DNA of 62,396 nucleotides, the filler included, from Dugesia japonica (taxonomy: Eukaryota), in NCBI GenBank assembly GCA_001938525.1. It is 6 parts of 6 records of this genome, joined end to end, with 100 filler letters (N's around TTAATTAATTAA, not from the genome) between each part and the next. Parts side by side here need not be neighbours in the genome. Positions count along the whole stretch, not along the records: positions 19,055 to 29,278 come from MQRL01163035.1; positions 29,379 to 42,083 come from MQRL01613772.1; 4 more parts are not named here. The stretch is one strand, 5' to 3'. Shown piece after piece: positions 24,890 through 37,311 of the stretch. The position numbers and the translations under genes are program-made. The notes below the pieces were generated by a model. The model had not been told where the DNA came from, did not search any database, and worked only from the letters and a program-made list of their open reading frames with translations. Numbering within the stretch: the first letter of the stretch is position 1; the number at the start of each line of letters is the position of its first letter.

Positions 24890-25355
24890 GACTTACACCA
24901 GCACCTAAAATAATTTTACCTTTCATTGCTAATCTTACCGAAGTCCGTTGTATTTTTTCAGAAGTAGTTGGATTTTCAATTTTGTTCAAATCATGAATTA
25001 AATTTACATCTGCAATATGTCTATCTCTTAAATCTTCTGACTTGTTAGATAAATCATGTTTTAAAGCTGCTTCATCAACTCTATTGATTGGTTCTTATCC
25101 TGGTTTCGGATTATTATTTTCATCTAATTTTAAATCTAATCTTGTTTATGAACCTGTATAATTATGTTTAAACAAATATCTTTCACCTGGATATTTTTTC
25201 CAAGTAAATGGTTTTAAAATTGCACTTGTTAATTTAGAAGATTGAAGATCTCCACCTTCAGGTTGAGCTTTTTTTAAAAAAATTCGTAAATGTCTAGCTT
25301 TATTTTTTCTAAGTAATATTTTGTTACAATTTTCACAAATACATTTATTATCCAT
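24890..25355 (-). pseudogene. Parvovirus-type phospholipase A2 protein with N-terminal Zn-finger-like motif
   Basis: CENC..RHL, EGG|D, HNYTGS*TRL, PINRVDEAALKHD, RHIAD, KIILGAG; two in-frame stops. Confidence 0.85.
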
Positions 25356-25440
25356 TTTATATATTTTAGAATTAGATAATTTTAGGACTACTTGCATAGT
25401 CAAAATATTAAACAAAATCCACATCTCGTTTATTTTCAAT

Positions 25441-26730
25441 CATAACAATTTTAGAATAAGTTAATTTCCTTTAAATATGTTTTTCTTTCAATACACCAAT
25501 ATAAAGTTCCTTTAAAATAACTATCTTTAGTTATATGTAAAGTGTCATCTACATTATTATTAATATTTAATTTATCATCTTGAGAACTAACATCAAAACA
25601 AAAGATTGGATACAAATTACCAAACTCTTATAATGATAATTGTGGTTCAGTGAAAAAGTCTTTACAACAATTTAAATAACTTAAAAAAAGGAAAAATTAT
25701 TTCATTATTATCAATATTAAATTTACATTCATTTATAGGATAATATGTATTATTTAATTGTATTTGAATACTTTTTAGAGAATAGTTTTTAGTTACATCC
25801 ACTTTTAGTTCTCCTTTTTACAATTTTTGATATTCTTTGAATAAATAAATTATTATTCTTTTGATAAGAAATCTCTGAATCTTTTACACCAATAAATATA
25901 TATCTTGGTTTATAAGCTAAATTAATTAATTTTAGTAAATAGTAATTTCCTGAATCTAAAGTTGTTTTTGAAACAATTCTATATAAAAATGAAACTTGAA
26001 TAGATTTAATTGTATTGATTTTTTCCCATAGATTTACTTCCATTTTTGGTAGTAATCTACATTTTGGAATATGTAATTCTAGAGTTGTCAATTTTAAAGT
26101 AGTAGTTGTATCTTTATCACCATAAAAGAATAATTTATCATTAATTTTTCTATTATATGTAAGTTCAATCATTAAATTATATAATAATCTCTTAAAACTT
26201 TGAGAAATCTAAATAAATTTTTTATTGGAAAATAACCTTCAAATTTCTTTTTAATATTATAAAGTTTCTTTCTTTTATAGCAACATAGATTTGCTCCCCA
26301 GCTAAAAACTTCTAAATCTTGTTTGCATCTGGAATCTATCCTAATAATTCTCCATATATATATTTATAGGCTGAACTAGTTGTAATAAAATTCAACATTG
26401 TTGATGATATTCCAGGATCATTAATTATTTCTAAATCTGACTATTCTAACGGTAATTTCATTGATTTAAATAAACTTGGAAACCAATTATTTTCCAAAGT
26501 TATTTTATCTTTGTGAGCATTTGTAACATCAATCTCTTTTTTAAAATATAACATTGAATTAAAAATGTCTAATGGATTTATGGATTGTAAAGATTGAAAA
26601 CCTATATCACCAGAAGACATTAAATTATTAATTGATCCAGATGAAGGTGAAATTCGCAAAACATCATTCTTAAGAAAAAAGTGATGAAAATTAATATTAT
26701 TATCAATATTAATTTTGTATTCATTTTCTT
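25441..26730 (-). pseudogene. Major capsid protein (double jelly-roll) of element 3
   Basis: LENNWFPSLF, IINDPGISSTM, FPIKNLF.F, LELHIP, KPRYIFIG, IQLNNTYYP, YPIFCFDVSSQ. Confidence 0.85.
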
Positions 26731-26970
26731 TAGTAATAAAATAACAAAAAAAAATTATTTATATTTTACTTGTATCTATATTCTATTTGTAGTTGTGTTT
26801 ACATTTTTATTTTTATTTGCATTTGCGTTTGCGTTAGTTTTTTACTTATAGTTTTATTTGTAGATGTTTTGTTTACATTCTGTATTTCTGTTTATGTTTA
26901 TGTTTTATTTGTGTTTGAATTTTTGTTATTAACCATTTCTATTTTTTATTTTTTTAAAATTTTATATTTT

Positions 26971-27093
26971 TAAAATAACAAAAAACTAAGACACCAAACA
27001 CAAGTAATGTATAAACGATGCATTCTCGTAGGTTTTGCAATTTATTTTCATAATACAAAATTTTATATTGTTATTTTTTCTAGATATTAAACG
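26971..27093 (-). pseudogene. Probable adenain C-terminal remnant truncated by an LTR
   Basis: YYENKLQNL...(frameshift) TCVWCLSFLLF resembles the Q..CG.(W/Y)C..FL catalytic segment. Confidence 0.4.
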
Positions 27094-28900
27094 TGTAGGT
27101 GAACAAAAATGGCTGAACCTTGGAGGAAATTCATTGCTTATACAATACTATTAGATGATCCTTGACTCATTAATATTATATGTTTAAGTTAAATTATTCA
27201 GACTTAGTATAATTAATGAAATCCATATATTATTTGTATTTTGAGTAAACCTATTATCAAAAATATTATTAAAATTATTTTCATACATTGTTTCAATAAC
27301 AGTTTTGTTTGAATTCCTTACTATTACATTACCTTCTCCGACATTTACAGTTCGACGGAGCAAATTCATCAAGGTCCGTTAGCATCCAATCGAGTCCGTT
27401 CATAATTGAATTTATCGATCAGCTTGTGTAGTTTTAACTAGACTATGCTCGATTACAGTATGTACATCTCTGGCAGTAATGCTTACAACTGTTCATATTC
27501 GGTCTCAAATATAAATTGCTAGAACTGTATAACCTTTATAAGATACAAACAGTTAGTCATCAATGTCAATATTTGGTTAGACTCAGATCCGCAAATTGGT
27601 AAAGAATTCAAAGTCAACTGTTATTAAATGAATATTTAAATTAAATCATTGCAGGAAATCATTACTTATTATCATTTAGGAAAAACATTTTCATTTAATT
27701 TAAATAAAAATAAATCCTTATGTTGGGGAAAATCAAGATCAAAATTGACACTCACATGCATACTCAACAAACAATTCACATGCACACATACAAAACGAAT
27801 AACAATAATCAGAATTCAAGATCAACATCCAGCAAATCGTCAATGAATTTAATTAATTCTCCGAACAATCATTTTACATTTCATCTTTATTAATTTATGA
27901 TTTGAACAATCATTTTACATTTTATTTATTGTGTTTTTAGCATAAAATTTTGTTTGCTTAGATTTTATTTAGTCATAAATTAATGTTTCTTTTACTATTT
28001 GCTTTTGTTTTATTGGGTTATTATCATTGATCGTAATTTTGTTTATTTCACAGTCCTCATTTTTTACGTATAGTTTTCATACCTGGAAGAAGGTTAACGT
28101 TTTGATTATTATAGTTACCAATTCTTATGGGCATGTTTCCCTCTTTTGGAATAAAACATCCAAGTACTATTGATATATTAAACTTTTTGCTAATTGATTA
28201 TTTCGTTCAAAAAATAGGTATTTTCGCTACGGAATCCTAATTTTACAAGCATTATACATTTGAATGAATATTCTATTTTTGCGTTGGACCTTAGATATAA
28301 GTCATTATTTGCTTTTTCATTATTTATGGGAGTTGATTTTGATAATCTATTATTTTCTAAATCTATAACATACCCTGTTAATTTTCATAATAAATCCATC
28401 CCCAAAATACAATTTTGTACCCCTTGATCTACAACTCGGGATGGGTGTTGTATATTTTTGTTTTCTAAAATAATGTTACACTCTATTATCTCTTTTATAG
28501 GTAGTTTATGGCCCATGAATGATTTTAATTCTTCTGACAGTCTCGTATCAAGATTCTCTTGTTGTTTTTTGTTAAGAAAAGTCTCTTTAATTATTGAGCA
28601 TGCTGCTCCAGTAGCTATTAATGAAGGTATAATATATCCATTTATTGATATTATCATAGTGGGCCTAGGAGTGTCCCCATTTATTACATATATTTCGTGT
28701 GATTTTTGGGGTGGAGTATACCTTGCCAATTTTTCATTTTCAAAATTTTATTTTATTTCGTTAAGTTTGTGTTTCTGATTGATATGGTTTATTGTCATGA
28801 ATGTCAAATTCTACATTTTCCTCTCTGTTTGATAAGTCAATTGTGTATGGTTGATTTTGTCTTTCCAATTTGGTGATTTTATCGTAGTGTTTTTGAATGA
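27094..28900 (-). mobile_element. Deleted LTR retrotransposon: aspartic protease remnant (28385-28729) and 3' LTR (27094-27328)
   Basis: ISINGYIIPSLIATGAACSII...CILGMDLL (DTG decayed to ATG); purine tract GGAGAAGG then a TGTA...TACA-bounded 235-bp segment. Confidence 0.7.
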
Positions 28901-29439
28901 TTAGATGTTTTGCTACAAAGGGACATATGCTTGCTGCTAATTTCCATGTAACACCAAGTACTGAATGTAATTGTTTTAGTGTTATTAGTTATTGACATGC
29001 TAATTTTAATAAAATTGATGCATAATAAATTAGTAGACAGAATGAAAATATACCACCAATTGCTTGTGCTCTCCCCAGAAACCTATCAATAAGGAAATTC
29101 CTCAAGAAAGTTGATTTTTAGGATTCTTGGTTGAATACTTCCATAGGATTAGTCAGTTTGGGTAAACTTGGTCAGTTTTAGGTAATTTTTGAACGATTTG
29201 GTTGGGAATTTATTCGGTGAGGTCAAATAAGGTGGATTTTTGATTGGTTCAGGTGAATTTAGTCACTTATTTCCTCGGNNNNNNNNNNNNNNNNNNNNNN
29301 NNNNNNNNNNNNNNNNNNNNNNTTAATTAATTAANNNNNNNNNNNNNNNNNNNNNNNNNNNNNNNNNNNNNNNNNNNNTATATATTCAATGTTTTATAAT
29401 TAAAAACATTATATTAAAATTAAATTATTTCAATTCATA

Positions 29440-30728
29440 TTTCAATTGGTAGCTTTGCCTGAACAGACATACAAAGATTTCTTCTCTGATCATCTGATTA
29501 ATTATGTAACCATCACCCATAAAAGACTACCAATTACTGAAGAGAATAAATTTAATAAAGAATTGATTAAAATTGCAGATAAATATGAAGACCGTATAAA
29601 ATCTTTATTTTTTGCAGTAAAATGTCATGAACCAGTTCCATCATCTATGTACTGTAATTTTAAAATAAAAGGAATGAATTAATAAAATATCGACACATTT
29701 GAAACAAGTAGGAATAACACTGAAACCAAAATTTTGCATGAATTAGTTGATTTACTAAAACTCTTAGAAATAAAAATTCAAGATCTCAGTAATAGTTCAT
29801 CGAAAGTCGAGAGTATATTTGAAAATGGTGTTCAATTAAGTGAATTAAAGGACACTATTTGTTCTGTTCTATATACATCATAAGAAAAATTGCAAAGCGT
29901 AATTATTTGGAAAAAAATCAAGTTTTTAGAACTGAATGGGAAGATAGGAACAAATTAAAACTCTTATTCCACGTCCTAATAAGCATCCAACCAACTTCCA
30001 CAACAACGTAAAAGAAATTTTTCAGTGTACTTCAATTTGATTTTAAAAAATATTTGATGTAAACTAAGTTGCAATGTGTTGAACGTTTTAGTATTTTTAA
30101 AAAATTATTTTTTTGAATAAAAATTGAATTTATTTTAAGAAAATTGAATAATTGAAATTTCTTATTTTTCACAAAAAGCAGAACTTTTTAAGGTTTCATT
30201 CCAAAAATATAAATTTTTAGAAGCATACTAAAAATAAAAATATTTTTTGAAGTTAATTTAAAAATAAAAACGAAACTAAAAAATAGAAAGAATTTAATAT
30301 TTAATTTAATTAGGATATATCCGCTTATTTTTTTTAACAAATGGTATTTCTTCAATTTTTCTATTATTCTATTTTTTTTAAAAAGTCAATTCCTGACGAA
30401 TACAAGGTCGAAATATCGAATTGTTATCTAATATCAATTAAAAAAACCAAAATTTTGATCAAAGCTTTTATATTAAATGAATTTTATAAAACGATCAATG
30501 GTTATGTCCAACAATTATTCTCGCAATAATTGCAATTGTAAAATTGATCTGTAAAATAATTTTAAAAATTTAAAAGTTCTATTTTTTTAATAAATTTTAA
30601 AAATTAACTCTATTTTCGATTTTTGGAAATTCTATGTTTATTATTTTTTTCGGAAATTTATGTTTATTTATTATTTGGGTACCTGGGTATATAAAAACTT
30701 GAAAACCCGGGTACTTGATATCCATTAT
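29440..30728 (+). mobile_element. hAT transposase C-terminal remnant and probable 3' end
   Basis: LISIQPTS....FS......L..L...K.F dimerisation-like segment at ~29960-30120; ACCCGGGTA sub-terminal motifs at 30677-30715. Confidence 0.6.
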
Positions 30729-30889
30729 TATCGTATTAAGTTATATTTCTAACACACTTTTTCTCTCTATTTTACTTTTCACTAATAAGAATTTTAAATT
30801 GAGCCGGTAACTATAAAGCATTTTGGAAAATCAATTGTATCCAATGCTTACTATTATTTCTTGTGTTGTTATTTTACAGCGTAAAAGGA

Positions 30890-31510
30890 ATACTATAATT
30901 TAAGAATATGAAGAACGGATAATGCCTTCAGAATACCTCCAAACGCATATCATAATCTTATTTTGATAAAGTTATGGTTTGTTAATTTTTGTTGAGCTTG
31001 GTCATTGTTCAACCACTGTGTGGAACGTTTGTGGTTATCAAAAAATACCCATTTTGTCATTGCACTTCATTATGCGATCGATGAAAGGCTCTTAGATATT
31101 CCCGAGAAAACGCGACGAGCAGACTTCAAAACGTAGACTTTTTTTGTTTTTCACTTAAGTTATGCGGAACTCATTTATCAAGCCTTGCCAAATTGTTTGA
31201 GATGATTCAAAATTGCTACATTTAAATTGCAGGCATTTAACTCTTGGCAAGTTTTCGAATAGTTGTGCGCGGATCTACCTTAACCAAGTCGTTCAATTTT
31301 TTATTGTCTACGGAAGCTGGATGTCCACAACGTTTCNCATCTCCCAGGCTATCATTTCCATCTATAAAATTTTGGAACCATCTTATCGAGCGCTTATTTA
31401 TCGTGCCATAACCGAATGCGCGAATGATATTTTTACATGCCTCTGCAGTCTTGTGGCACAGTTTGTACTTGTAAAGATAAATGGCATGCATTTGGGTTTT
31501 GTCCACATTT
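30890..31510 (-). pseudogene. Mariner transposase 5' half
   Basis: YKYKL.HKTAEACKNIIRAFG...RWFQNF.DG..SL.D..R.G.P; DPRTTIRKLA; (W)VPHNL. Confidence 0.88.
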
Positions 31511-31619
31511 GAAATCTTTAATTGAAATGACGGAATGTTTTGAAGTATCAAAACAAACACGAAATTAACATACATTCAAAAAAGTATTGTACAAATTGTT
31601 TTGATCTAAATAAAAAAAG

Positions 31620-33275
31620 AAAACGCATTTTATTCAAAATTTTATTTGGAAGATATGTTTTGGACAAATTTATGTTCATCATCAGTTACTGTTGTAAAAT
31701 AAGAGGGGAAAGTTTTTTAATAACAATCTAATAAAATAAGATTAAATTAATTTAAAAGCGAATGCGTGTAAATTTGAGTATTAAGAATTCGGTTAGGCGA
31801 CCCATGCAACTCTTTCAAAGTAATTACCTAAACTGTTGTCCAAACTGTAAACTCGTCGATATTTATTTTGCCTTTTATATTTTTGCAGATATGATCTAAA
31901 ACCGAACTTTTCTACTCAATTGCATATGCTCACGAACATATGTGCGAAGATGATGTTTTGTCTTTCCAATGTACATGGCATCACACCGGTTACAATTAAA
32001 TTGATAAACTAGATAAACGAGCAATGTTTTTGATGTTAAGGATGCGTTACTTAAATAACTGGAAGGTTTTTTAAAGTGAAAATGAATTTAAATTTATTAT
32101 CATCAATATAATGGTAGTTTTATAGTTATTTTTTCTTGATTATTTTTAATGTTTTTCTCTTGGTCCTTATGTGATGCTTAATACACCTTGTTTAGAGTAC
32201 TCTGTATATTATTATAAATCGTTTTCTTATTATATCTATTTGCTCAAAGACTACTATCTAATCTACAAAACCGTCATCAGCAAAATCTCAAAGCTTGATG
32301 ATGTACACCACACTCAATGAACTAAACCTTTTAAATATCCATTTTTATATCGATCATCACAAAAACCTTTAGGAGTGGTATACAGATCTGTGCCTGTTTG
32401 TTTTTTATAGAGTGCAGTATTATAGCTATAACCCTGACTACAAACAAAAACATCTAAGAATGGTAGTTTACTCTTTTTTAAAATTCTATAGTAAAACTTT
32501 TATTTGGATGAAGACTGTTCATATAATCAAGAAAAAGTAGTATATCATTTTGATCCTTAAAAATACGGAAGATGTCATCTACGTATCTTTTGCAATCTGT
32601 GGAATGATTACCAGAAAAATTAGTAATTCGTGACTCAATTTTAGGCAAAAGCATGATGCTAACATTGGTGCTGACGGAGAACATATTGCAACATTATCTT
32701 TCTGAGAGAACCCTTCTTTATTGAATGAAAAATTAACATCTTTACAACAAAATGCCAACAGTTCTTTCATGGCTATTTAATCAAATTTATAGTTTAAACT
32801 CGCGTGATGGCTTTTCAACACAAAATATATGGTCTCATTTATAGGGACGTTTGTGAACAGACTAACTATATCAAAAGAAACCATAATTTTCTTACCTGAG
32901 ATCAGTTGTTTATTTTTAAGCATAGCATAACATGGAATTTAAAACTAAACTATTTGTCGCTGAAAAAATAGAAAGGCAAAATAAGCATCGATAATTATAC
33001 AGTCATAAATAACAGTTTTCGTAATTACTTTGAAAGAGTTGCGTGCAAAGCTTTGAGAATTGGATCGCATATCCGGATTCTTAATACTCAAATTGACACG
33101 CATTCGCTTTTATATTTATTTTAATCTTATTTTATTGGATTGATTACGTAACAGATTTCATTAATCAGTATTTAAAAAACTTTCCCCTCTTATTTTACAA
33201 CAGTAACTGATGATGGACGCACATTTGCCCAAAACATATCTTCCAAATAAAATTTTGAAAAAATGCGTTTTCTTA
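31620..33275 (-). mobile_element. 5'-truncated Penelope-like element (RT + GIY-YIG) with an inverted pseudo-LTR
   Basis: MVSFDIVSLFTNVP, RYVDDIF, LPFLDV, LYKK.T.TDLY; VYQFNCNRCDAMYIGKT..HL....EH. 31620-31837 is repeated in inverted orientation at 33010-33275. Confidence 0.92.
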
Positions 33276-33433
33276 TATATACTAAAAATGAGGATTTTTA
33301 AAAAAATTAAAATACCAAGAAAATTTGTATTTTCAAATATATACGAGATAAAATGTTAATATTTTAATTTTTAAATTTATTAAATCCACTTTTTATAGGA
33401 TGGAGTAAATTCGATCTATTTCGTCATTAAAGT

Positions 33434-33558
33434 CAAAGAGTCATTTATAAACTTTAGCATGTCTCCATTAATATTCTAGTCATTTTGCATTCAATGCATT
33501 TGGATTAGAAGATTGTGGTGATTATTGTAGACATTCTAAAGTTTATAAATGACTCTTT
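33434..33558. repeat. 30-bp inverted repeat pair (MITE-like)
   Basis: AAAGAGTCATTTATAAACTTTAGCATGTCT / AGACATTCTAAAGTTTATAAATGACTCTTT; further short inverted pairs at ~33476/33668 and ~33911/34047. Confidence 0.7.
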
Positions 33559-36385
33559 AAATAAGCTCTCAATTGGATATAAAATGTTTTCACTTAATTT
33601 GTTTCGTATTTTTATGAATATTTATAATTATAAATAAAGATCAATTATTTTGATTGCAATGACGATTTTGAATGCAAAATGACTAGTTTTATTGCACTTA
33701 TGATGATATTGTTTGCAATAAAATTTAAATATTAAACTTTGACGATATTGATTGAAATGAAATTTAATTTATGTATGAACGACGTATTAGAATGCAAACG
33801 TTGCCTGAGTTGTTAATTCAAGTGAAAATTTTTCAAGTCAAAAACGGACATTATTTTGTAAAAAAATAGTGCCTACGAAGAATGTGAGAGATTCATTTTA
33901 GAATGAATACACTTTAAAACTTCTAATAATTCCTCTGGGGATTTTTTTTAATAAATGAGCGATTAATAGAAATATTTTTATAATTATTGGAAATAGGAAA
34001 TTTTTATTTAAGCTTGTATTTTATTGGAAAAATGAGGGAATATAAAATTATTAGAAGTTTTAAAGTAAATAAAATTTAGTATGGTTTGTAATTAGAACTT
34101 AAGCTACTTATATTGTAGAGTTTTTTTATTAAATTTATTTTTATGAAAATGTTTCATTCTGTTAAAATGAAAAGTCTAAAAGTCATTATTGAACAGAAAA
34201 GCAGACTGTAAAATGATAAAATATTAAAACTAAAAACATTATAATTAACTATTAGAAATCATTTGAAATACGAGCTTCTTGAATTAAATAGTTACTGATT
34301 TTGGGAGAACATAAATCAAATTAAGCTTTTAAAATAATTTTTTGTTGATAATGATCTTGAAATATTTTTTTTTTTGAATCATACTTACTATTTTGAATTA
34401 ATTTTAACAATAAAACCGATTATAAATCTCATTATTTGAGACTTATTAAGTTTAATATATTAAATTGAAAATTTTAATATTTAAAAATATAAAAACAATT
34501 CACAAAGAAAATTGAATATAACACAGGTGTGTTGCAAATACACAGTCTACACCCAAATTTTTTCTATTTTTGCCCACTGTTTTCCAAAATTTTATTACTA
34601 TTACCAAATGATATTGAAATAAAATCATTTCATTTTGATAAAAATTTTAATTTATATAATTCTTAATAAATTTTCTTACTATAGTTGTTTCCACTTTTTA
34701 CTTGTACCTATTTTTTGGAATCAATAAAAATGGAAAATCATAGAAAGTAAACTATATTTTGTAGTACTAATATAAATATTGTGTGTTATTTTAATAATTT
34801 TTAAAGTCCGTATTATATTATCAACTTCATCAACATTGTCACTCATTCTTTTAACCAGCACCGAAGTAAACAGAACTTCAAAGCCTGCGTCGCAGATGGC
34901 ACAAGTCAGAAAATAAAACATTTAAACCATAAACAGAGAACATCTTTGAAATTAATTTTGCAGTTGTAAACAATAAATAATAGATTAATGTTAAAACTAA
35001 CTGATAAGTTGATAACAAGTAACAAAAAATCGAAAAATATTGGAGTGCGTAGTCAGAGTATGCAGGCGAACGAAGAAAATCCTCGCACTGATACTGCTTT
35101 AAACCAACTCAACTGTTGTTCTTGTTATTTGCAGTTGTTCTGATGATTTTATCATACATAGGTAATTTAAAAATTAAAGTTNNNNNNNNNNNNNNNNNNN
35201 NNNNNNNNNNNNNNNNNNNNNNNNNNNNNNNNNNNNNNNNNNNNNNNNNNNNNNNNNNNNNNNNNNNNNNNNNNNNNNNNNNNNNNNNNNNNNNNNNNNN
35301 NNNNNNNNNNNNNNNNNNNNNNNNNNNNNNNNNNNNNNNNNNNTGTAAAGTTAATCGTCCAATAATCTCGATGTGTATATTTTAACAAAACACTAAATCT
35401 AACGACAACTTTTACGTTTTTTTTCTTGGATAGATTAGAATGTTTTTTGTTATTTTATACTTATTTTTAAAATGTTAAATGCTAAGCTATAATCACAGAT
35501 TAAAATCAGATTCTGTTCTGTAACAAATTATTCAACCAATCGACTATAAAGGCCAAAACAAATAGTGCGTGAACAAATAGTACACTGTTTTAAGTTTTAT
35601 AAGTATGATTTATATGATATTTAAAGATTAATACGTTTCTTTGTTTTTATGTGTACTATATTGTTTATGAAGTAATTCATTTGGTGATTTCCGAAAATAA
35701 TATATTAAAAAATTAATTTTACCATAATAGTAATATCAATAGTAATCTATAATAATATTATTAAAATAATAATAATAATAGAAATTATAATAATAATAAT
35801 TAGCATTTTTCGAATCTGATTACAAAAATACCATAAATTATTTTGAAATTATAGACGCTAATTTAATATAATCTGAATTATATTGAACCAGTAAAACTAT
35901 TCCTAAGAGGTCAACAAAAATTGATTACTTGTTGTCATTTCAAGTCTCCAAAACAACTAAAATTTAAGTTATTTTTAAATCTTTGCATGAGAAAATGAAA
36001 TAATTGCGAAATCAAATAATTTTATCAAATAAAATTTAACTTGGTAGAAATCAAATCTCATAAATTTCAAATAAATGACAATCGTTTTATTACAGTCCTA
36101 TTAAGTATTGATCCCACGATGGTGATCATTTATTGATCAAAGACAACTAATTAAAGAAATGATCAATTGAGGAAATTTTCATTTGTTTAAAATCATATTG
36201 AAATGTCTAATTATAATAATTAATTTATTGAAAAATTACATTAGTTTATTTTGTTAAAAATTTGTAAATAAATATAAAAATTTAATAATAACAACTTTTT
36301 TTTAATACCTAATTAATTTATTACAATATAGATAAGATTTAATCGAAAGTTAATTTTTACAAATAAATTACATAAAAATAATTAC

Positions 36386-36505
36386 CTTTGCTTCATAAAT
36401 AATCCCTTGTTTGAATGCATCTTCACTGAATAAAGGTATCCTAGTGTCCAAACAATCATCAGGAATATTTTTGTATTTTGTACTGTTGTGCACTTTATTC
36501 ATCAT
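36386..36505 (-). CDS. NOS1AP: NOS1AP/CAPON (PTB adaptor) first coding exon
   Basis: MMNKVHNSTKYKNIPDDCLDTRIPLFSEDAFKQGIIYEAK|gtaatt aligns with the NOS1AP N-terminus ([31 protein letters not shown]) and ends at a phase-0 donor after EAK. Downstream exons were not found in this block. Confidence 0.88.
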
Positions 36506-37311
36506 ATTTAATCATTGAATCTAATTCGAAGTGATTTAAGAAATTTCATTGGTGATCATCTAATTTATATTATTTAATTCAATTTTTATGAATTGACTGA
36601 CAAATAAAAGAATTAAGCTTATAATAATTAGAACGAATTAATGTTATGACTAGACTCAGAGCTTTGATGTTGCGCTTTCTTTCCTCAATTATTTGATATA
36701 ATAAAATATGTCATTTAGTACTGCCAAGCATAGCAAAATATAGCTTGTTGACAACCAATGGTAACTCTTTCAATTAGGGGAATTATTATCATCCAATATG
36801 TTTGCATTTTCTAAATTATAATAACATTATATCATAAGTATTTAGTATTTTAAATATTAATTTAAGAAAATAATATAAAAGCCGATAAAAAATATTTATT
36901 TTCATTTTGCTTAATTATACTTCATTCATTAGAATGTTTTAAAAAAAATTTTTATATCTATACTAAAAAATTTAATTTATTTAATTCTAAAATTTTAATT
37001 GAAAAAATATTTGAATTTTATAATGCGTTCTTTAAGGATTGTTTAAATTTTTTGTATTGTTTACATACAAATTAAAGATTTTGTTTTATTGATATGTTAC
37101 TACGAAATATTAAAATGTCTGAATTAATTTTTATTCCTTATATAACTTATCTATGTAATTTTTCATTATATTTAATATTTGATGCTTAAAATTTATTTTT
37201 AATTAAGATGTAAAATGTTAAATTTACTTTTTAGATTTACATATATTTTAATTTTTTTAATTTCCACGGAACAAAATCTTATATGTTAACATATCGATGA
37301 CATGAAAAGAG

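Larger units (their letters stand above)
21700..27093 (-). mobile_element. Maverick/adintovirus-like element 3 (PLA2-bearing lineage), decayed; pPolB not present in the window
   Basis: Minus-strand order: protease remnant, hexon, PLA2, integrase, acidic ORF, ATPase, AG(H)NN protein, then a non-coding end starting AGTA at ~21700. Confidence 0.88.
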
